Source of the DNA: Paraspadella gotoi
Lineage: Eukaryota > Animalia > Chaetognatha
Direction: 5' to 3'
Assembly: GCA_051294375.1 (NCBI GenBank)
Contig: CM119269.1
Location: 6,895,552 to 6,959,551, forward strand
Length of the DNA: 64,000 nt
The stretch's first letter is position 1, and each line of letters starts with the position of its first letter. Positions 1-14,135 of the stretch are shown here, piece after piece. The notes under the pieces were generated by a model, which was not told the origin of the DNA, ran no database searches, and saw only the letters and a program-made list of their open reading frames with translations. Both the position numbers and the translations under genes were made by a program.

Positions 1-3000
1 GCTTCTTCTTGAATTCGGTGAAGGCGAGGATGTGGAGGAAAGTGCCCCAGCGATGCCACAGCATGGAGACAAACTGTAAGAAGAGGAAAGTTAATTTTCT
101 ATTCTAAGCATGTATAATTGTATATTGTAATACTAAATTGTATATTAAAGTAGGTCATACGATAAGTACCTTCTGTAATAAATTTGTTTTGTTTATTCTT
201 AAAATTTATTAAAGAATACTTAGCTATGATGGTGATGTCACGCACCTGAATTCCCAAAATAACGGCGAAGAAGATTAAGTGGACGAGACCCAAAGGCTCC
301 AATTGGATCTGGTTGTCGTAGATCCAAAGAGGGATTGTCACGTAGAGGGTGTCGGCGAGACGCTCGTGGACGAGCATGAGTGGGAAGACAAGCGCCATCC
401 TGTGTCCGACAAATCAGATGAATTAACGCACCAAATAGATCGATTTATCAGCTGAAAATTGGCATTAATCGATCCAAAGATCCAATAATAAATCACTGTG
501 GCGGTATATTCACACCGCCTCACCTCCAGCTTTATTCAGCCAATCTCATTGGCTCAGAAGGGGAACGTACCATCCCATTACGTTCTATTTGCTTAAGACT
601 TCTGTTTTGGCAAAGCGAGATCGGCCTTGGGTAACCGCGCCAGTGACAGGAGGCGTCACTGAGGGTCGGTAGCCCCTAAATCCAACAGCCCCATCCCAAT
701 GGGCATCACAGTCAACTCGACAGTTGCCATACAACTAGATTTTAATGAAACCATTAACCGATTCATCTACAAATGCCAACCAGAGAGCGTTGAACATCAA
801 GAAAGCGAAGGAGAGTCGATCTCTCAGAACTTTGAACTCTTCCTTGACTTTCTTCTCTTGTCTTCGGTCGCATGGAAACGGCCGAAGATACTTGGCGATC
901 ATCTTCGTCCAAAACTGAAGCTCCTTTTCATCGAGAAATCTACGAGGAGATTCGAAGTTCGAGAAGAAAAAAAATCAATGCAATAAAGTCATAGGAATAA
1001 AAATAGTCTATATTGAATGACAATTAGTAGATTCCAACGCGGCCTGACCTGATCTTTCCATCCCTGAGAACCTTCTCGTTGATCCAAAAAGGATTTCTAA
1101 GATCGTCACGCTTAAGCTTGTTTGGCGGCCGCGCGCTGTAGATCATCTCCTGAGCGGCGAGGGATATCTCACCCATGGCGGAGAGCTCTTTAGCCTGACG
1201 GCTGAGCGGGTCGTCGTCGTCGGACAAGCCCATGCGGGCGAGCATCTCCTGCTTCTCGATCCTTTCCAGGATGATGAGCACTTGGCGGAGGAGAGCGTCG
1301 GAGACGGTCTGCGATCGGCCGTCGTCGATCATCTCCACGATCGCTTTGGCTTTTTTCACCTGACGTACAGTTTTGGTTTGTCATTTTATTAATAATAGGT
1401 TTGGATTGTTTTGCTCCAAAAAAATAATTATATTAGTATGGCAATAACAAAAATTTTATTCAGGCAGTTAAAAACAAGGTCAAGTACCAACGCGATAATT
1501 ATTGAGGGAAGAGCGACTCGGAAATCTATGAACAATTGAACGTCGAATGGCTAACTTTTTAAAAGAAGTATGAGAAGATAAAAAATAAATATAATATATT
1601 TATTTTAATTTAATAAATTTTTCAACTATTGTTTTAAAAAGCATATAGTTTTATACTAATTAATTGTAAATTTAACAAGGATGTCAGTCTACTTTATCTT
1701 TAAGATCCTAAAATTGAGAGAATAAACTAAACTTCTACTAGAAAAAGACGAGACCTGCTGATAATCCTCCTCCTCTTGCTTCTTGCCGATGTCCTCCCTC
1801 GTTCCCCACTCGGAAACGTGGAGATTGCAGAGAGAATAGATGATCACCAAAATGTATCCGATGGGTATGCAAAGGAAGTAAATCTGTCCAAAACGAAGAC
1901 TCGATGGCAATTTGTTTTTTTCCATTCATTGGACAAAATCCGTGTTTGACAGGATATATACTGTAAAACATTCTTTTTTTTTATTACCATCAACGGGTAG
2001 ATGCAGCTTATTTCCATGGGATGCAGCAATGCGGTGCACACGAAGATTAGGACTAAAACGACCACGAACATAACTCCAGTGGTTCGCCAGGAACCGTCGA
2101 CTACTCTGACGAGAGTGCCTGGGCGCAAGGGCATGGGGAAGAGATCGAGAAACTAATGTTCGCGGTTTTTTTTTATCCAAGAGCAACATAAAATCAGCAG
2201 GATTAGCACATAAATTAACTTTAATTTAACTTTAATTTCGTGCCATTAATGTCATTTGCATGTTGTAGTATTAATCGTCAAAGTTAGTTCATTTATTTTT
2301 TTTTCGTTAATCTGGTTTGATAAAAGTTGGCTTGATGATAGTTTTATAAATTCTCACCCTTTCCAAAGTTACCGCCCAATTAAAGGAGGATTTAAAGTTA
2401 ACTGAAGAAATATTGTAATTTTTGACGTCATTTTTGTTACGTTTTTTTTTTTTGCGTGTTTGTGGATATTGTAGGTAGTTATATTATGTGTTTTTATTGT
2501 TTTATTGCCTTTCTAAAAGCCAAATGATTTAATAATGTCATATCTAGGACATCAAAAATTTTAAAAAAGGAATTCTTTCGGTCCATTTAATGTATAGCGT
2601 TGGTCTGTAATCGCTTTTCAAAAAAAAAAGCATTCTCTTCGTCCGGTCTTATTTTCAATAATATTTTGACTTACTTTCCTTTTTCCTGCAAACCCTTACC
2701 CAAATCCTTATCCTTACCCACGATGACCACCATCATCTGAATGGCGTAGTAAGTCCCGATGACCCCTGCGCCGAAAATCTGCGTCTCTTGTCTCAGCGGG
2801 AGATAACAAACGACGACGAAGATTATGGCGGGAAGAGCCGCTTGAGCGAAGCAGGACCTTAAATGGCAATTGTGGTGATTGCGGTGTAATCGAAGCTAAA
2901 ACAACAACTACCGCGCAATTACCATAAACTGTTGTCAGTGACTGCGTTGAGAGCATCGGCGATTGCGATGATTATGGTGGCCGGACCCAAGATTGTAGAC

Positions 3001-4259
3001 ATCACGTAGAATATCTTGAATATATTGAACATAATAATAAATATAAATATAAAAAAATATTCGTACATCATAATAATAATAATAATAATAATGATAATAA
3101 TAATAATCATAATATTAATAATAATAAAGTCAATAAATAATAATAATAATAACTAAAGTAATACAAAATACAATACCTGATACAGGATGTACCAAATCGA
3201 AATCGATTGGTTAATCTTGATCAAGTATTTATAGTTGATGATTATTTCGACGATGTTGGCCAAAGTGGACGGAATCCATCGTCTTCGTTGCTGATTGGCA
3301 TGGGAAAATTTTCACCGACTCAAACGAGGTTTTATATTTATATTTAAATACTAATATTAAATACCTTAAAGAATTCGGTAAAAGACTTCGGAGCGTGGGT
3401 AAGGCAGTCGGCAGCGGCGCAGTATTCGACGCGATACCCGCGCTCGAGCAGCAGAGTGCAGAGCCATCGATCCTCACCTTATCGTTATTTTAAGAAAAGG
3501 TAAGTCATAAGAAAAAAAGGTAAGGACCATTAAATATTAAGGTGAAAAAAATAGAAGGGAAGAGCTTTTACTATTCGAAACAGTAATTTCAGAGTACTTT
3601 TATTAAAAATAATTTTATAGTCGATATTAACCCAGGTCCCATTGAAGAATTTGATTGGCTTCATCGGCGACCGACGTGTATTTTTTCATGACATTGTCGT
3701 CCAAAAGGGACGAAGCTCTGTACAGGCTGAAGCAGCCCGGGGCGCAGAGAACGCAGCCCAGCATGTGCTCGGTAGCCTAGATAGCAAAGCCGTCTCATTA
3801 TACGAATTTATTCATTTAATTTATCATTTAGTTTCTTATAATCCGACCTTTTGAAGCCAATAACCGGTCGCGTATTCGAACTTTTGATACCAGATCATTG
3901 GCCCGGAGCCGATGGGATGAATTCTTCCCGATGCTGCGCCAACGTTCTTGTTCTTTCTCATTCTATTGTTTTATTAATTATAAATATGATTATTAAAGAG
4001 TTAACAGAAATAGGGGAGGATTGAATGGTTCTACTAACCTGTCCACCAAAAGCCTGACAGCGTCTGGCTTAAACGTAACATCCCCGTCGACAGCTAATAT
4101 AAATGTGTTTTCGGCTTGCAGAACATTTTGGGGTCCGAGTAAATCCTAACATAATGATATTAAAAAGTTCTTACAAACTAAACTAATCAAGTTTCCCTCC
4201 TTGACGCAAAATATGTTAAAATTTGTTGTTTTTTGTTGTTTATTAAGTAGTACAGAGAG

Positions 4260-4347
<88 letters not shown>

Positions 4348-7300
4348 CCTTGAAAAACATCCCGTCTTCCCTGGGAAGCATCGATTTCTTCCCCCGCCTC
4401 AATTTGTCCTGAGTCAGTGTCTCCACGAGTTTGTGCTGGAACTTCCCCATCAATCGATACCCCAGCAGGAAGTACATATACATCACTTGGGACCATCTCT
4501 TTTTGACGCGACTCTTCTTCTTGTCCTTCATGTGAACGACGAGGGTGTGCCCCGGCATGAACCAAGTCAGTCTATGCAAAAATTCTAAATTACTAACTTT
4601 AGTATGCTAACATTTTGTCCGATTTCATTCTTAATATAAACTAAGTCACTACTAACATTATTTTAAAAGTAGATTTTGTTCCATGATGATAATGTTTGTA
4701 GGGTCATCGAAACAATTCTTTCACAGACGGTTAAGAAACAAAAGCTTTAAAAAAAAAAACAAAAAAAAAAACAAATAAAAACAAAATGCCGCACCTTCCT
4801 CCATACGGCGTCGGCGTCTTAATCGCGGCGCGATCTCGATAACGGTCTGGTGGACGGCGCTGGCGGCGCGGTCTACCGTCTCCACGAGAGTAGAGACGTA
4901 CTTGTTGAAGGTCCTCTCGCCCTCGGAGTTCTCTTCCATCGCGTCGTCGAAAAAGACATGAGCCTCGAACTCGTAATAGTCCGGATCTCGGATGGCGAAA
5001 TACTCTTGGGCGAGACGGCGGGCGCTGGAAGGGGTTAGTTGGGTGGAATGGTGGGCAGGCGCGTGGAGTGTGTGGCGAGCAACGATAGCGGACTTCTTAG
5101 AAGTGAATATGGAATGAACCTCTGATCGGCGTCCATGTTGAAGATGGACTTGAGCAACGCCAACATCTCCTTTCGTTCTCGTGCCACATCGTGGAAGCAG
5201 AGGAGGATTTTCGGTGCCATGATCTCCTGCCGACTTCTCGCCATCCTTGACAGCGGTGCGGGGACCGCCGCAGCAGCAGGCGCCGCTCTGCAGGGATGCG
5301 CGGCGTAGATTAGTTGTCAATATATTTAGAACTTACATCTTTTAATTTACATCCCAGACCTGAGTTACATCCGGTTCCTCTTCGTCCGGATGTCGAAGGA
5401 GTTTGCGATCAAAGTAATCCGTTCTCCTCCTTCAAGCGAAAAGTAACGTGGTTTATTCGGTATTTTGTCTTTTCTTCAAATTCTATATATTTTCTTCTCC
5501 AGTCCTTCACAACATTAAGCTCTTTCTTTTTAGCATCATGGATCCTATTTTTAGAATCGCCTATGAAGCATCACCTGTTCAACATCATCGATTGTTCTAT
5601 GACGGAAGACTCGTATCGCGGCAAAACGAAGAGAGACTCCGTGGAGGCGAGACGCTCGTTCTTCGCGATCCAAATGTGACCCGCTATCCAGAGTTGAGAA
5701 AGCCACCAGAGGGCCAGACCGATCCCGAGGTGCCACATAAACATTCCTAGGGACGCGGAGAAACCGAAAATGGATTTTGATAATCATCATCAAAACTATG
5801 GACCTATAAACTTCCAGAATTCCTTAAAATCGTTATAAATAAAGTTGTTTAGCTAAAAACAAAATGCTTTTATCATTTTATCTTCAGTTTGAATAAGATG
5901 AATTAGGTAGGAAATTGAAACTCCAACGATAATCAATATCCAGGACACCTTGATCTAATTTTCCGTGACATGTCCACTGGAAATTCCCGTCGAAGAGCTT
6001 GTGCGTGGGTTCGCTTCCGCAAATGCCGATGAAAATACCTGCGTCAGAGATTTCGTTTTTAAGTCGAATTGAAGTGAAAAAAAAGAAGAACTAAGTGACT
6101 TTCGATCCAACCTATCGTGATTGGCGTGGCGAGAGACAACGGCAGAGCGAAGCCGATCCTTTGCATGCAGACTTTGCAGGCCAATTTGCCAAAGTAGTAA
6201 CACAATAGGGAGCCAAGAGCCTATTTTTCATAATTTTTTTTTCTAGTGTAGAACTACTAATCATTGTATTCAACTAGTAATTCACGCGAATAATTTTTAC
6301 TTGTACAAAGACGGGAAGATAGGTAGATAAGGTTAACCACAAATCCACAGTGGGTTTTGAGCTGGGAACTTCGTCGTCGTAATTGTAATGAGGATATTCA
6401 TCGGAGTTGTATAGACCGTAATCGGGCTGAACCGAAATACATAAGTAACAATTTCATCTCTTGTTTGTAAAGTAGCAAAAGTGACACTCCAAAAGAGTCA
6501 GTCCCACCTCTATGTTATTCTGCAATAACGATCGGACATTGCGAGATGGAACCGTGGAAGCCTCTTCCGCTTTCGTTGTCCTTAATTGAATTTAAGTGAA
6601 TCAACTTAAAAAAATAAAACTTTCCGTGGCGAGAAATATCACTCACATGGGCAAAATTGGATTGAGCAAAAAGATATTGTGAAATTTGGTGTCTCCTCCG
6701 CCGTTTAGGAAAAGAAAGGAGCAAGCGAGAGTGAGACCGATTTTCCAAAGGCTCACGAATATGTAAGCCTTCACACGAACCTTTGGGTTACGGGGAAAAA
6801 ATTGTTAATTTAGCCTTTTTTACGTATTACGTATCAACTGATCAATTTTTATTATTAAAAATACAAAATAAATTAGAGTAGGTCTCTCAAACTTTTTTCA
6901 TGTTTTCCGCGAACTGATGCAGGCGATTGCAATTGGCGTCCATGAAATTCTCCCACCAGGGGATGCTGATGAGCACAACGGCGGCGACCGCCTCCCAAGG
7001 CAAACGGTAGGCGACTTTTATGTCTCCTTGACTCAAGTTGTTGATGAAGTTCTTCATTGAATCCATCAAATTCGTTCCCTCTGCGGGATTATTTCATAAT
7101 GCTGCATGAAAATGTTCGATATTGTAGCAATTATAATATTGTAACCGGCTTTTTCGTCGGAAACGTAGTGAGTTCCAAGGACAATGAAGAAGACCGTCAC
7201 TTGGAAGACAACGGCGACGATGTCGACGAGAAACACGAAGAGACGAGTGCAGCCGGTGGCTTTGCTCCTGGCCACGTTTTTTTCATACGTTAATTTAAAT

Positions 7301-9047
7301 TATTATTGCATTGTTATGAATTTTAAAAAAAAACAATAACAACATTGTTTAAATGCAAAATTTTTCAAAAATTATATCGTCAAAAAGATTTTTATTTTTG
7401 TGTATAACTTATAAAAACGACGATAAATTTAACCTGGCGAAGAAAACTTTAAAGATTCCGGGAATCAAGCAAACCGCGTTCATCAAGAGAACGGCTCGAA
7501 TCGCGTCGCAAGATGGCAGCACGCGAAAGACGAAAAGAGACACGCCCACCTAATTTGAAAATACTTAGATCATCGTCGTTTACTCGACAGACTTCGGGGC
7601 TACATCGCCAGTGTACTTTTTTTAACGTTTTCATACTTAATTAAAAAAAGTTTCACTTATGTCGCTTTGCTTTTCACAATCCAATTTCACAATCGAGGAA
7701 CTTTCACAATAGACCATCTCTGACTCAAGCCGCCCTCACAGTCGCGGCGATCTCACCGTTTGCGCCGATTCCACCAACATAATCCCAATCATCTGGCAAA
7801 GCGAGGGCCATGGTCTTTTTCCCATGCAACACTTCACGAGGCACTCTTTAAAAAAATAAACAAATGTATGTTTGGTGTAATGATAAGATTGAATAAAAAT
7901 GTGAAAAAAAATAGTTCCTTACCCAAAAAAGTGTAGAAATAAGGAAAGCAAATTGATATTAAGAGTAAAAGTGTCCATCTGAAAAAGAAAAACGGTAGAG
8001 AATGTGGAGGATCATGTCTTCATCACTCTGATTCACTTTCTCTCTCTCTTAATCAATAGAATCTATAGATATATATATATATAGATCGTGGCAATATCAA
8101 TATTCTTGAGGTAACAATCAGAATTCTTATTCGAGTTATTTAATTATCTTTGTTTTGTAACATTATATTTTCTTTCAGTATTATTTATTATTAAAGTTAT
8201 CGAATCTTTAATATCCCTCACCGATCTCTCTCAGCTTTTTTCCTCGCGTTATCGCTGATGGCTGACGTCATAAGGAGCATTGCTCCTTTGCTCAAAATCG
8301 CTCCACCGAGCACCAGAGCCGAGAAGAGGACGTAGGCGAAAACCTGTTATAATTTATATTATGAAATTGGTACAACCAATATAAAAATTATCCATTTATT
8401 TAATAAATAAGCTATCTTGCCCCTGACTTTGGACAGTCTTTGGTGGTTTAAGGCCTCCATCACTCTTACAAGATAATTACATAGCAGGTCCCTGCAAGCT
8501 TTCAATCAAGACTCTCTCACAGTCCCGTTTATTCACTCCCAGAGTACCTGGCTTCCCTATCAATGAAGTGGAAAATATTTCAAAGAATGTTTCAATTGTA
8601 TTAAAAGACCACTCCCTTAAGTATTAGATCGGTGAATACTTATTGTACTCCGCACTAGCATCAAAAAGCATATTATATTAAAATTGTTATAATTAAATGT
8701 TTTAACGTTAAAATTTCGTCATTTCAGATTCGGTCTCAATTCCAGACTTAAAAAGTCTTCCAGACTTCCGAATGGTACAAATAAGTAACGATTGTAGTGA
8801 TTGGTAATGATTGGAAATGATTGGTAATGGTTGGTCTCACTTTCGCGACTCGCGTCCAAATCTCGTAACATTTTCCGGATCCGTAGTAGGAGTAAGAGGA
8901 TTTGCCCGAAGATCCGGTCCCCATTTTTTGAGCGGCGGTTATCCCCGATGAAGAAGGCTCGATCCCCGATAGATTTTAAGCGATCCCCGATCGAGTGACA
9001 AATGATCCCCGATCGGATATTCGATTTGATTCGTGTCAACGACGCAT
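1..9047 (-). CDS. CHS: Chitin synthase (GT2), multi-exon; 3' end runs off the window start, start codon approximate
   Basis: Minus-strand exons give hallmark motifs in order: VFAYVLFSALVLGGAILSKG (8220-8343), WWENF (~6950), YFGKLACKVCMQ (~6180), WLSQLWIAGHIW (~5690), YEFEAHVFFDDA (~4960), KKRWSQVMYMYFLLG (~4490), FILAVDGDV (~4090), WYQKFEYA (~3880), HMLGCVLCAPGCFSLYR (~3750), GEDRWLCTLLL (~3470), QRRRW (~3280), WGTRE (~1805), LEPLG (~295), MLWHRWGT (~55). Short GT-AG introns; indel errors break some frames. Confidence 0.96.
497..731 (+). mobile_element. Hairpin-rich LTR-like/MITE-like repeat, copy A (longest), in a chitin synthase intron
   Basis: Begins TGTGGCGG and ends GTTGCCATA. Homologous (reverse complement) to 58587-58733, 62873-63093, 51379-51526 and 55887-56114. 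No perfect TSD here (TCAC / CAAC). Confidence 0.85.
602..688 (+). ncRNA. Putative type-P5 (permuted) twister ribozyme within repeat copy A
   Basis: P5 CTGTTTTGG/CCAACAG; P2' GCGA; GA-TCG; mini-P1 GCCTTGGG; TAA (632-634); P2 CCGC; GC; P3 CAGTGAC/GTCACTG; P4 AGG/CCT around L4 GTCGGTAGCC. T1 pairing CGG:TCG and T2 GC:GC are possible. L4 has TAG, while the other copies have the canonical AAG. Confidence 0.65.
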
Positions 9048-10660
9048 CTTAGTTTCAGAAAAATCTCACGATCTAAATTTCAAGACAAAATAAAAAAAAT
9101 ATTTTGTCCCAAAATATGAGAATTCCCTATTAAATGGAAAAAATACATTTATTCTGAGACATAATTCTAAAAAAAGATTAAACCGAAAGAAAAATTGTCG
9201 AAAAAAAAAAAAATCGCGAGAGGCGGCGACGACGACCGACGAACGACCGAGCGCGATGAGACGATAATCTCCCATGCCAAATCCCAAAAGGTAAGGGTTG
9301 GGAGAGGAAGGGATGGCGAGCCAACATCTCTTTTTGGAGAGGGAGAGAGAAACGCACGCCGGAGACGGACGACAGAGACGACAGCGACAGACGACGACGC
9401 ACGCACGCACGCGGCGACGCCAGACGGACGAACGACGCACGACGCACGAGAGAGAGAGAAGAGAGAGGAGAGGGAGAGGAGCAAATTCCCAGCTCAACCC
9501 CCACAGTTCCAACCAACCGAGGATAAAAAAAAAGGGAGACCAGTAGTGAGAGTGAGTTGAGCCGAAATTTGCTAACTACTAAATTCTTTTTTCTTCTGTT
9601 TTAATGATTGAAAGATGTGAATAAAGATTTAAGATGAATGAAACATGGAGACATTACCGGTGAAAAAGTAAGGACATTTTCTGCATCTTCCAACTACAAT
9701 TGACAATTTAGAAGCACATATAATCGAGCTAGGAGATGAAACTATCTCAACGAAGTAAAAGACATGTGTAACTCGCTTGACCTTGAAACTAAAATTTTTT
9801 GTAAATATTTGTAAAATATTGCGAATTTTCCTCTTTTATTTTCAACAGATCATCCTTTTGTTCGTGAGGACGACGGACGACGGGCAACGACGGTACGACG
9901 GGAAACGACGACGACGAACGACGACGACGAACAGACGACGACCCGGCGGGATTTTCTGTGTTGACTTTGGAGGGAAAGATTCTATTCTCTGCGTCTCAAA
10001 TTCAAAAGTAGTTACACTATTAAAATCTTATAAAACGAAAGATTGAATTCAAAGGTTAAAACAGATTTTAGTTAGTATAATAAAAAGATGAGTAATTTTC
10101 AAATGTTAAACATTCAAATAAGACGCAAGTTTTAAAGGTATGAATAAAAAAACTTTTAACCATTTTCCTACAACAACAAAAGCAACAAAAAACAACAACG
10201 ACAACAACAACAACAACAACAACGTTCCAAGATTAATCAGTAATCGACGTTGGATCTTTTTCTTTTTTCTTTCTTTTTCGGATTTGTTCGCAAACAATCA
10301 TCTCTTCTGCAAACTCCGAATTTTAAAAGAGGAACGAGTCTCGTCGTCGTCGTCAGTCGTCGTCGTCGTGTGGTCGTCGTCCGTCGTTGTCGTCGTCGTA
10401 GTGGTAGTTGTGTCGTCGCCCGCCGCGGCCGTCAATCGTCCACACTCCAATTCGTTAAAATCGTTTTCCGAAAATGTTTTGTGATGAGGAAGACGTTTTC
10501 ATGTCTTTTCTTTTCATTTCCTTTTAACTCGAATTTTAATTTTATTCTTGAATTAAAATTCGTGGAAGCGAAAAATCTTTTGAAACAAAAGAAAGCGCAG
10601 TCCAAATCCACTTCTTTTGCGAAGTAGCTCAAGAAAGAAGAGAGAGAGAGAGAGAGAAAG

Positions 10661-10725
<65 letters not shown>

Positions 10726-11042
10726 AGGAAAGAAAAAGTAAAACAAAAAGAACCAAAAAGACGGCGAAAATTAGGATAAGCTATTGTTGGATCTTAATAA
10801 TTATCATAATCATCAATTATTATAATTATCATCATCATAATCATTATCATCATCACCATCATCAACAACAATAGAAGGAAGGTTATTTGTTGATGGATTC
10901 CTAATATATTTTTTTCCAATTTTGGGGTTTTTGTAACATTGACCATGACAGCCAAAAAAATGTCAACACGGGTCATTTACATAACCCGGGCAATAGAAGG
11001 GAAGTGAGACGAGAAAGAAAAGAGAGAGAGAAGAGAGAGAGA

Positions 11043-11096
<54 letters not shown>

Positions 11097-11409
11097 AGGA
11101 GAGAGAGAAGAGAGAGAGAAGAGAGAGATCTGGCATTTGGTCGAGAGCAGGATGAGGCTTCGATTTCCCAAGGAAAGCAGGTCAAGGAACAAACCGCGGG
11201 AAAAAAATATGTGTCAATCATCATCATCATCATCATGCATCATCATCATGCATCATCACATTCATGAATAAAACATACATTTCATCAATATAAAAATCTT
11301 GATAAGCCCTTTTTAACGTTAAAAAGAAAGTTAGAAACAGATTTCACGGCAAAGAAAGTCCAGTCTCGAACTCGAGACCCTCCCAGGTTGTAATACTTCG
11401 TAAAACCTA

Positions 11410-12967
11410 CCGCGGCGGTAACGACGAATTTCTCGACGACTTGGCGTCTGGGCGCCCGGATGTAATAGTTGAAGGTGGTGATGCGGAGTCTGTAGAAGAG
11501 AGTTGGGGACGAGGGAGTCGACCACGAGCGAGAGGAGGTCGTGTTCTGGGATGAGATGGGGTAAGGGGTGGGAGGGTCGGGGGGGGGGATTGGCGTGAAC
11601 ATTGAAGAAATGAGGCCAAAAGTAAAAACTTGGAAGTAAACATTACCACTAAAAATGGGTCAGTAAAATTTAAGGGGTTTGTAATATAATAAGTAAATAA
11701 TAAAAATACATTATCTGTTGGATACATGGAAGGGATAATTTTAGGGGGAGTGAAAAAAAATTAGTGATTGGCAAAATCTATGAAAAGAATCTATGACAAG
11801 ATCTATGAAAAAGGTCAAATCAAAAACTGTCCGTGTAATGCAGCAAAGACGGTTGAAAAAATAGAAGAATATCAGTGATGTTATGTTCACCTTTTGTAAA
11901 AAAAGATCGTGAGAGGCGTTCTTCTGAGTCAGGACAGAGATCTCACCGAATATTCGAGGTGGGTAGTGAAAGACGTTGCAGATTCCTGAGAAGGACAAAG
12001 AAAAAATATATGAGTTTCACATGATATTATAACAAAAAAAATCATAAAGTTAAGTTAGATGTTAATACTTAATAAAAATATTCAATTCCAGGATAAGTTT
12101 CCCTCGACTCCAGAATGAACTTACCCCGGCAATTCCAGCCTGGGGGCATTTGAAGCCCGTTGAGGCTGTCTCGCCGACTTGGACCGTACGAACGAAAGAT
12201 GGTGCGCGAATTCATCGCCTGAACGACAAAAGAGAAAGTTTTTTTTTTAAATAAAAGAGCATCGAGAGACCCGATTGAAAATGTTAAAATAGACCTATAT
12301 ACCTATGCTACAATTGGTACTAATTAAAAAAAAGAAATTAAGATAGTTTTTCAAAAGAAAAATTAGACCTGAATGCACGCGGGCTGCGGCAGAGGCGAGT
12401 GTGAGGCGAGTGAGAAATACGTGAGTCAAATCGTTAGTTTTGTAGAATCGTTAATCGCCACAGTCAACCTTATTCACGCTAGAATAGAAATGACAACAAT
12501 TATTGGATTGATAAGAAAACCAAGTTTGGAGCAAACATATGTCAGATCTGCCCATGATCATTATCAGGTAATTAATTATTAAATTAATTCAGTTAATAAT
12601 TATTTTAATTAATTTAATAATATTTATTCAGGTTAATTATTTAATTAATTAGGCAATTAGTTAATTAATTTGATCAGAAATGTTGAAAGCAGTACCGACT
12701 AAAAATCCAGAAATGCGGAATTCGCCATGGCGCTTTTATACAATAACAACAACGACCTTGTGAACCCAGTCTTGATCCCGTAAAATTCTTCCCCGGCCAC
12801 GGTTTAACGAAGTCGCTGGTAAGTCTGAAAAAAAAAGTCAGAAAATTGTGAGGACATTTCAGAATGACCTTTCGCCAACTAGAACAGTTGAAACATGACC
12901 TATATCTTCTTTTTTATTAAAAAAAAAAACTGTTACTTTCAAACACTTTCACTATCCACTCATAAAT

Positions 12968-13012
<45 letters not shown>

Positions 13013-14135
13013 CTCTTCTCTCGCTCCTCTCTCTTTCCTCTCTCTTTCACAGTCTCACTATCCGGATCGATCTTCGTCGACTTCGGGGCCAAATCTTCCG
13101 ACAGAAACATCCCGTCAAATCCCGTGACCCAAGACGCTGCGGTCGGTCGCGTTCACTAGATACAAGACTTGGACCTTGTGCTGCTGATAGCTGAGCTTCT
13201 GACCGGACGCCGCTGTTGTTGCTTACAATTCTGCTGTAGTGGCGGTTGGTCTCGTTGGACGGCGAAGGAGAAGGAACAAGATTCGTCGTTCCGTTCTAAG
13301 TTTGGCACAAATAAATAAATAAAATAAAATAATTAATTAATTGAATGAATATTGAATTCAAAAAAATCCCTGAATCCAATGACGGAAAGTGTCTAGGGTG
13401 AGCATGTTGATGGTCACGTCCGAAGTGGCAGTTTGCAATCGGAGGCAATCAAGTCCGTCGTCGTCGATGGTCGTCGTCTTCATTACTTTTCGTCGTCGTC
13501 GTCATCGTCGTCAATCGTCGTCGTTTTCTTCCGGAGACGATGACGCCGACCAACCGACCAAAGATCTTCCCTTTCGTTTCCATCGGAGCGACGATCGTTG
13601 ACTGAAGATTAAAGTTATTCCTATTATCTGCAATTTGGCATATAGTAGTAGATGCAAACGGAACCAATTTTTTTCACAAAAAAATCGGAATTAATAATTA
13701 AAATTTATAAATCTAAATGTGAAATATATTAAACTTTAAAATTTTTTAATAAAATTTAATATAATCTAATCTAATTATAAAACAAAGTAATCCTGCAATT
13801 TTTCCATATTGTAATAAGGTATTTTTTATAGCTGGAAGAAGGCGGCTTACCGCCAGAAATCGGAAGTAGACTATGGAGATATTTTTAAATGTTTATTTCT
13901 GTCATAATTCTGTTATTCATATTCGTTCTATTTATATAAGACGTTCATCCTACAACTCCCTTCGCCTCAAGCCTCACCGCGCCTCACCCTTCTCATCCCG
14001 CTGATTAAACTTCCTCCTCCCCTTTCTCCTCGATGGGCGTGGCTCGAAAAGAGGCCGGATGTCGAAGACGCGTCCGTCCCTCCAATCGCGCACTTCATGA
14101 TGACCGCCGTCGAGTTGGCGAACGTCTCGTCCAGT
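11410..14135 (-). CDS. Duplicate copy of ROS1/Sevenless-like exons (frameshifted)
   Basis: Same exons as 20488-23460 (LVPNSLYRLRITTFNYY, LIASDC-like exon) inside the duplicated block. Confidence 0.7.
12519..12680 (-). repeat. End fragment of the repeat family also at 38150-38385 and 21566-21725
   Basis: AAAC(C)AAGTTTG(G)AGCAAACA(T)ATGTCAGATCTGC plus an AATT-rich array is the reverse complement of GCAGATCCGACATTGTTTGCTCAAACTTGTTT at ~38354-38385. Confidence 0.7.

Noticed and set aside
497-740. Helitron 3' end (hairpin plus CTAG at ~735)
   Set aside because: CTAG is absent from the other copies, which instead show 4-bp TSDs.
9066-11271. Many ORF-track proteins rich in RE/SL/T/V/H
   Set aside because: They are translations of (AG)n, (ACG)n and (ATC)n microsatellites.
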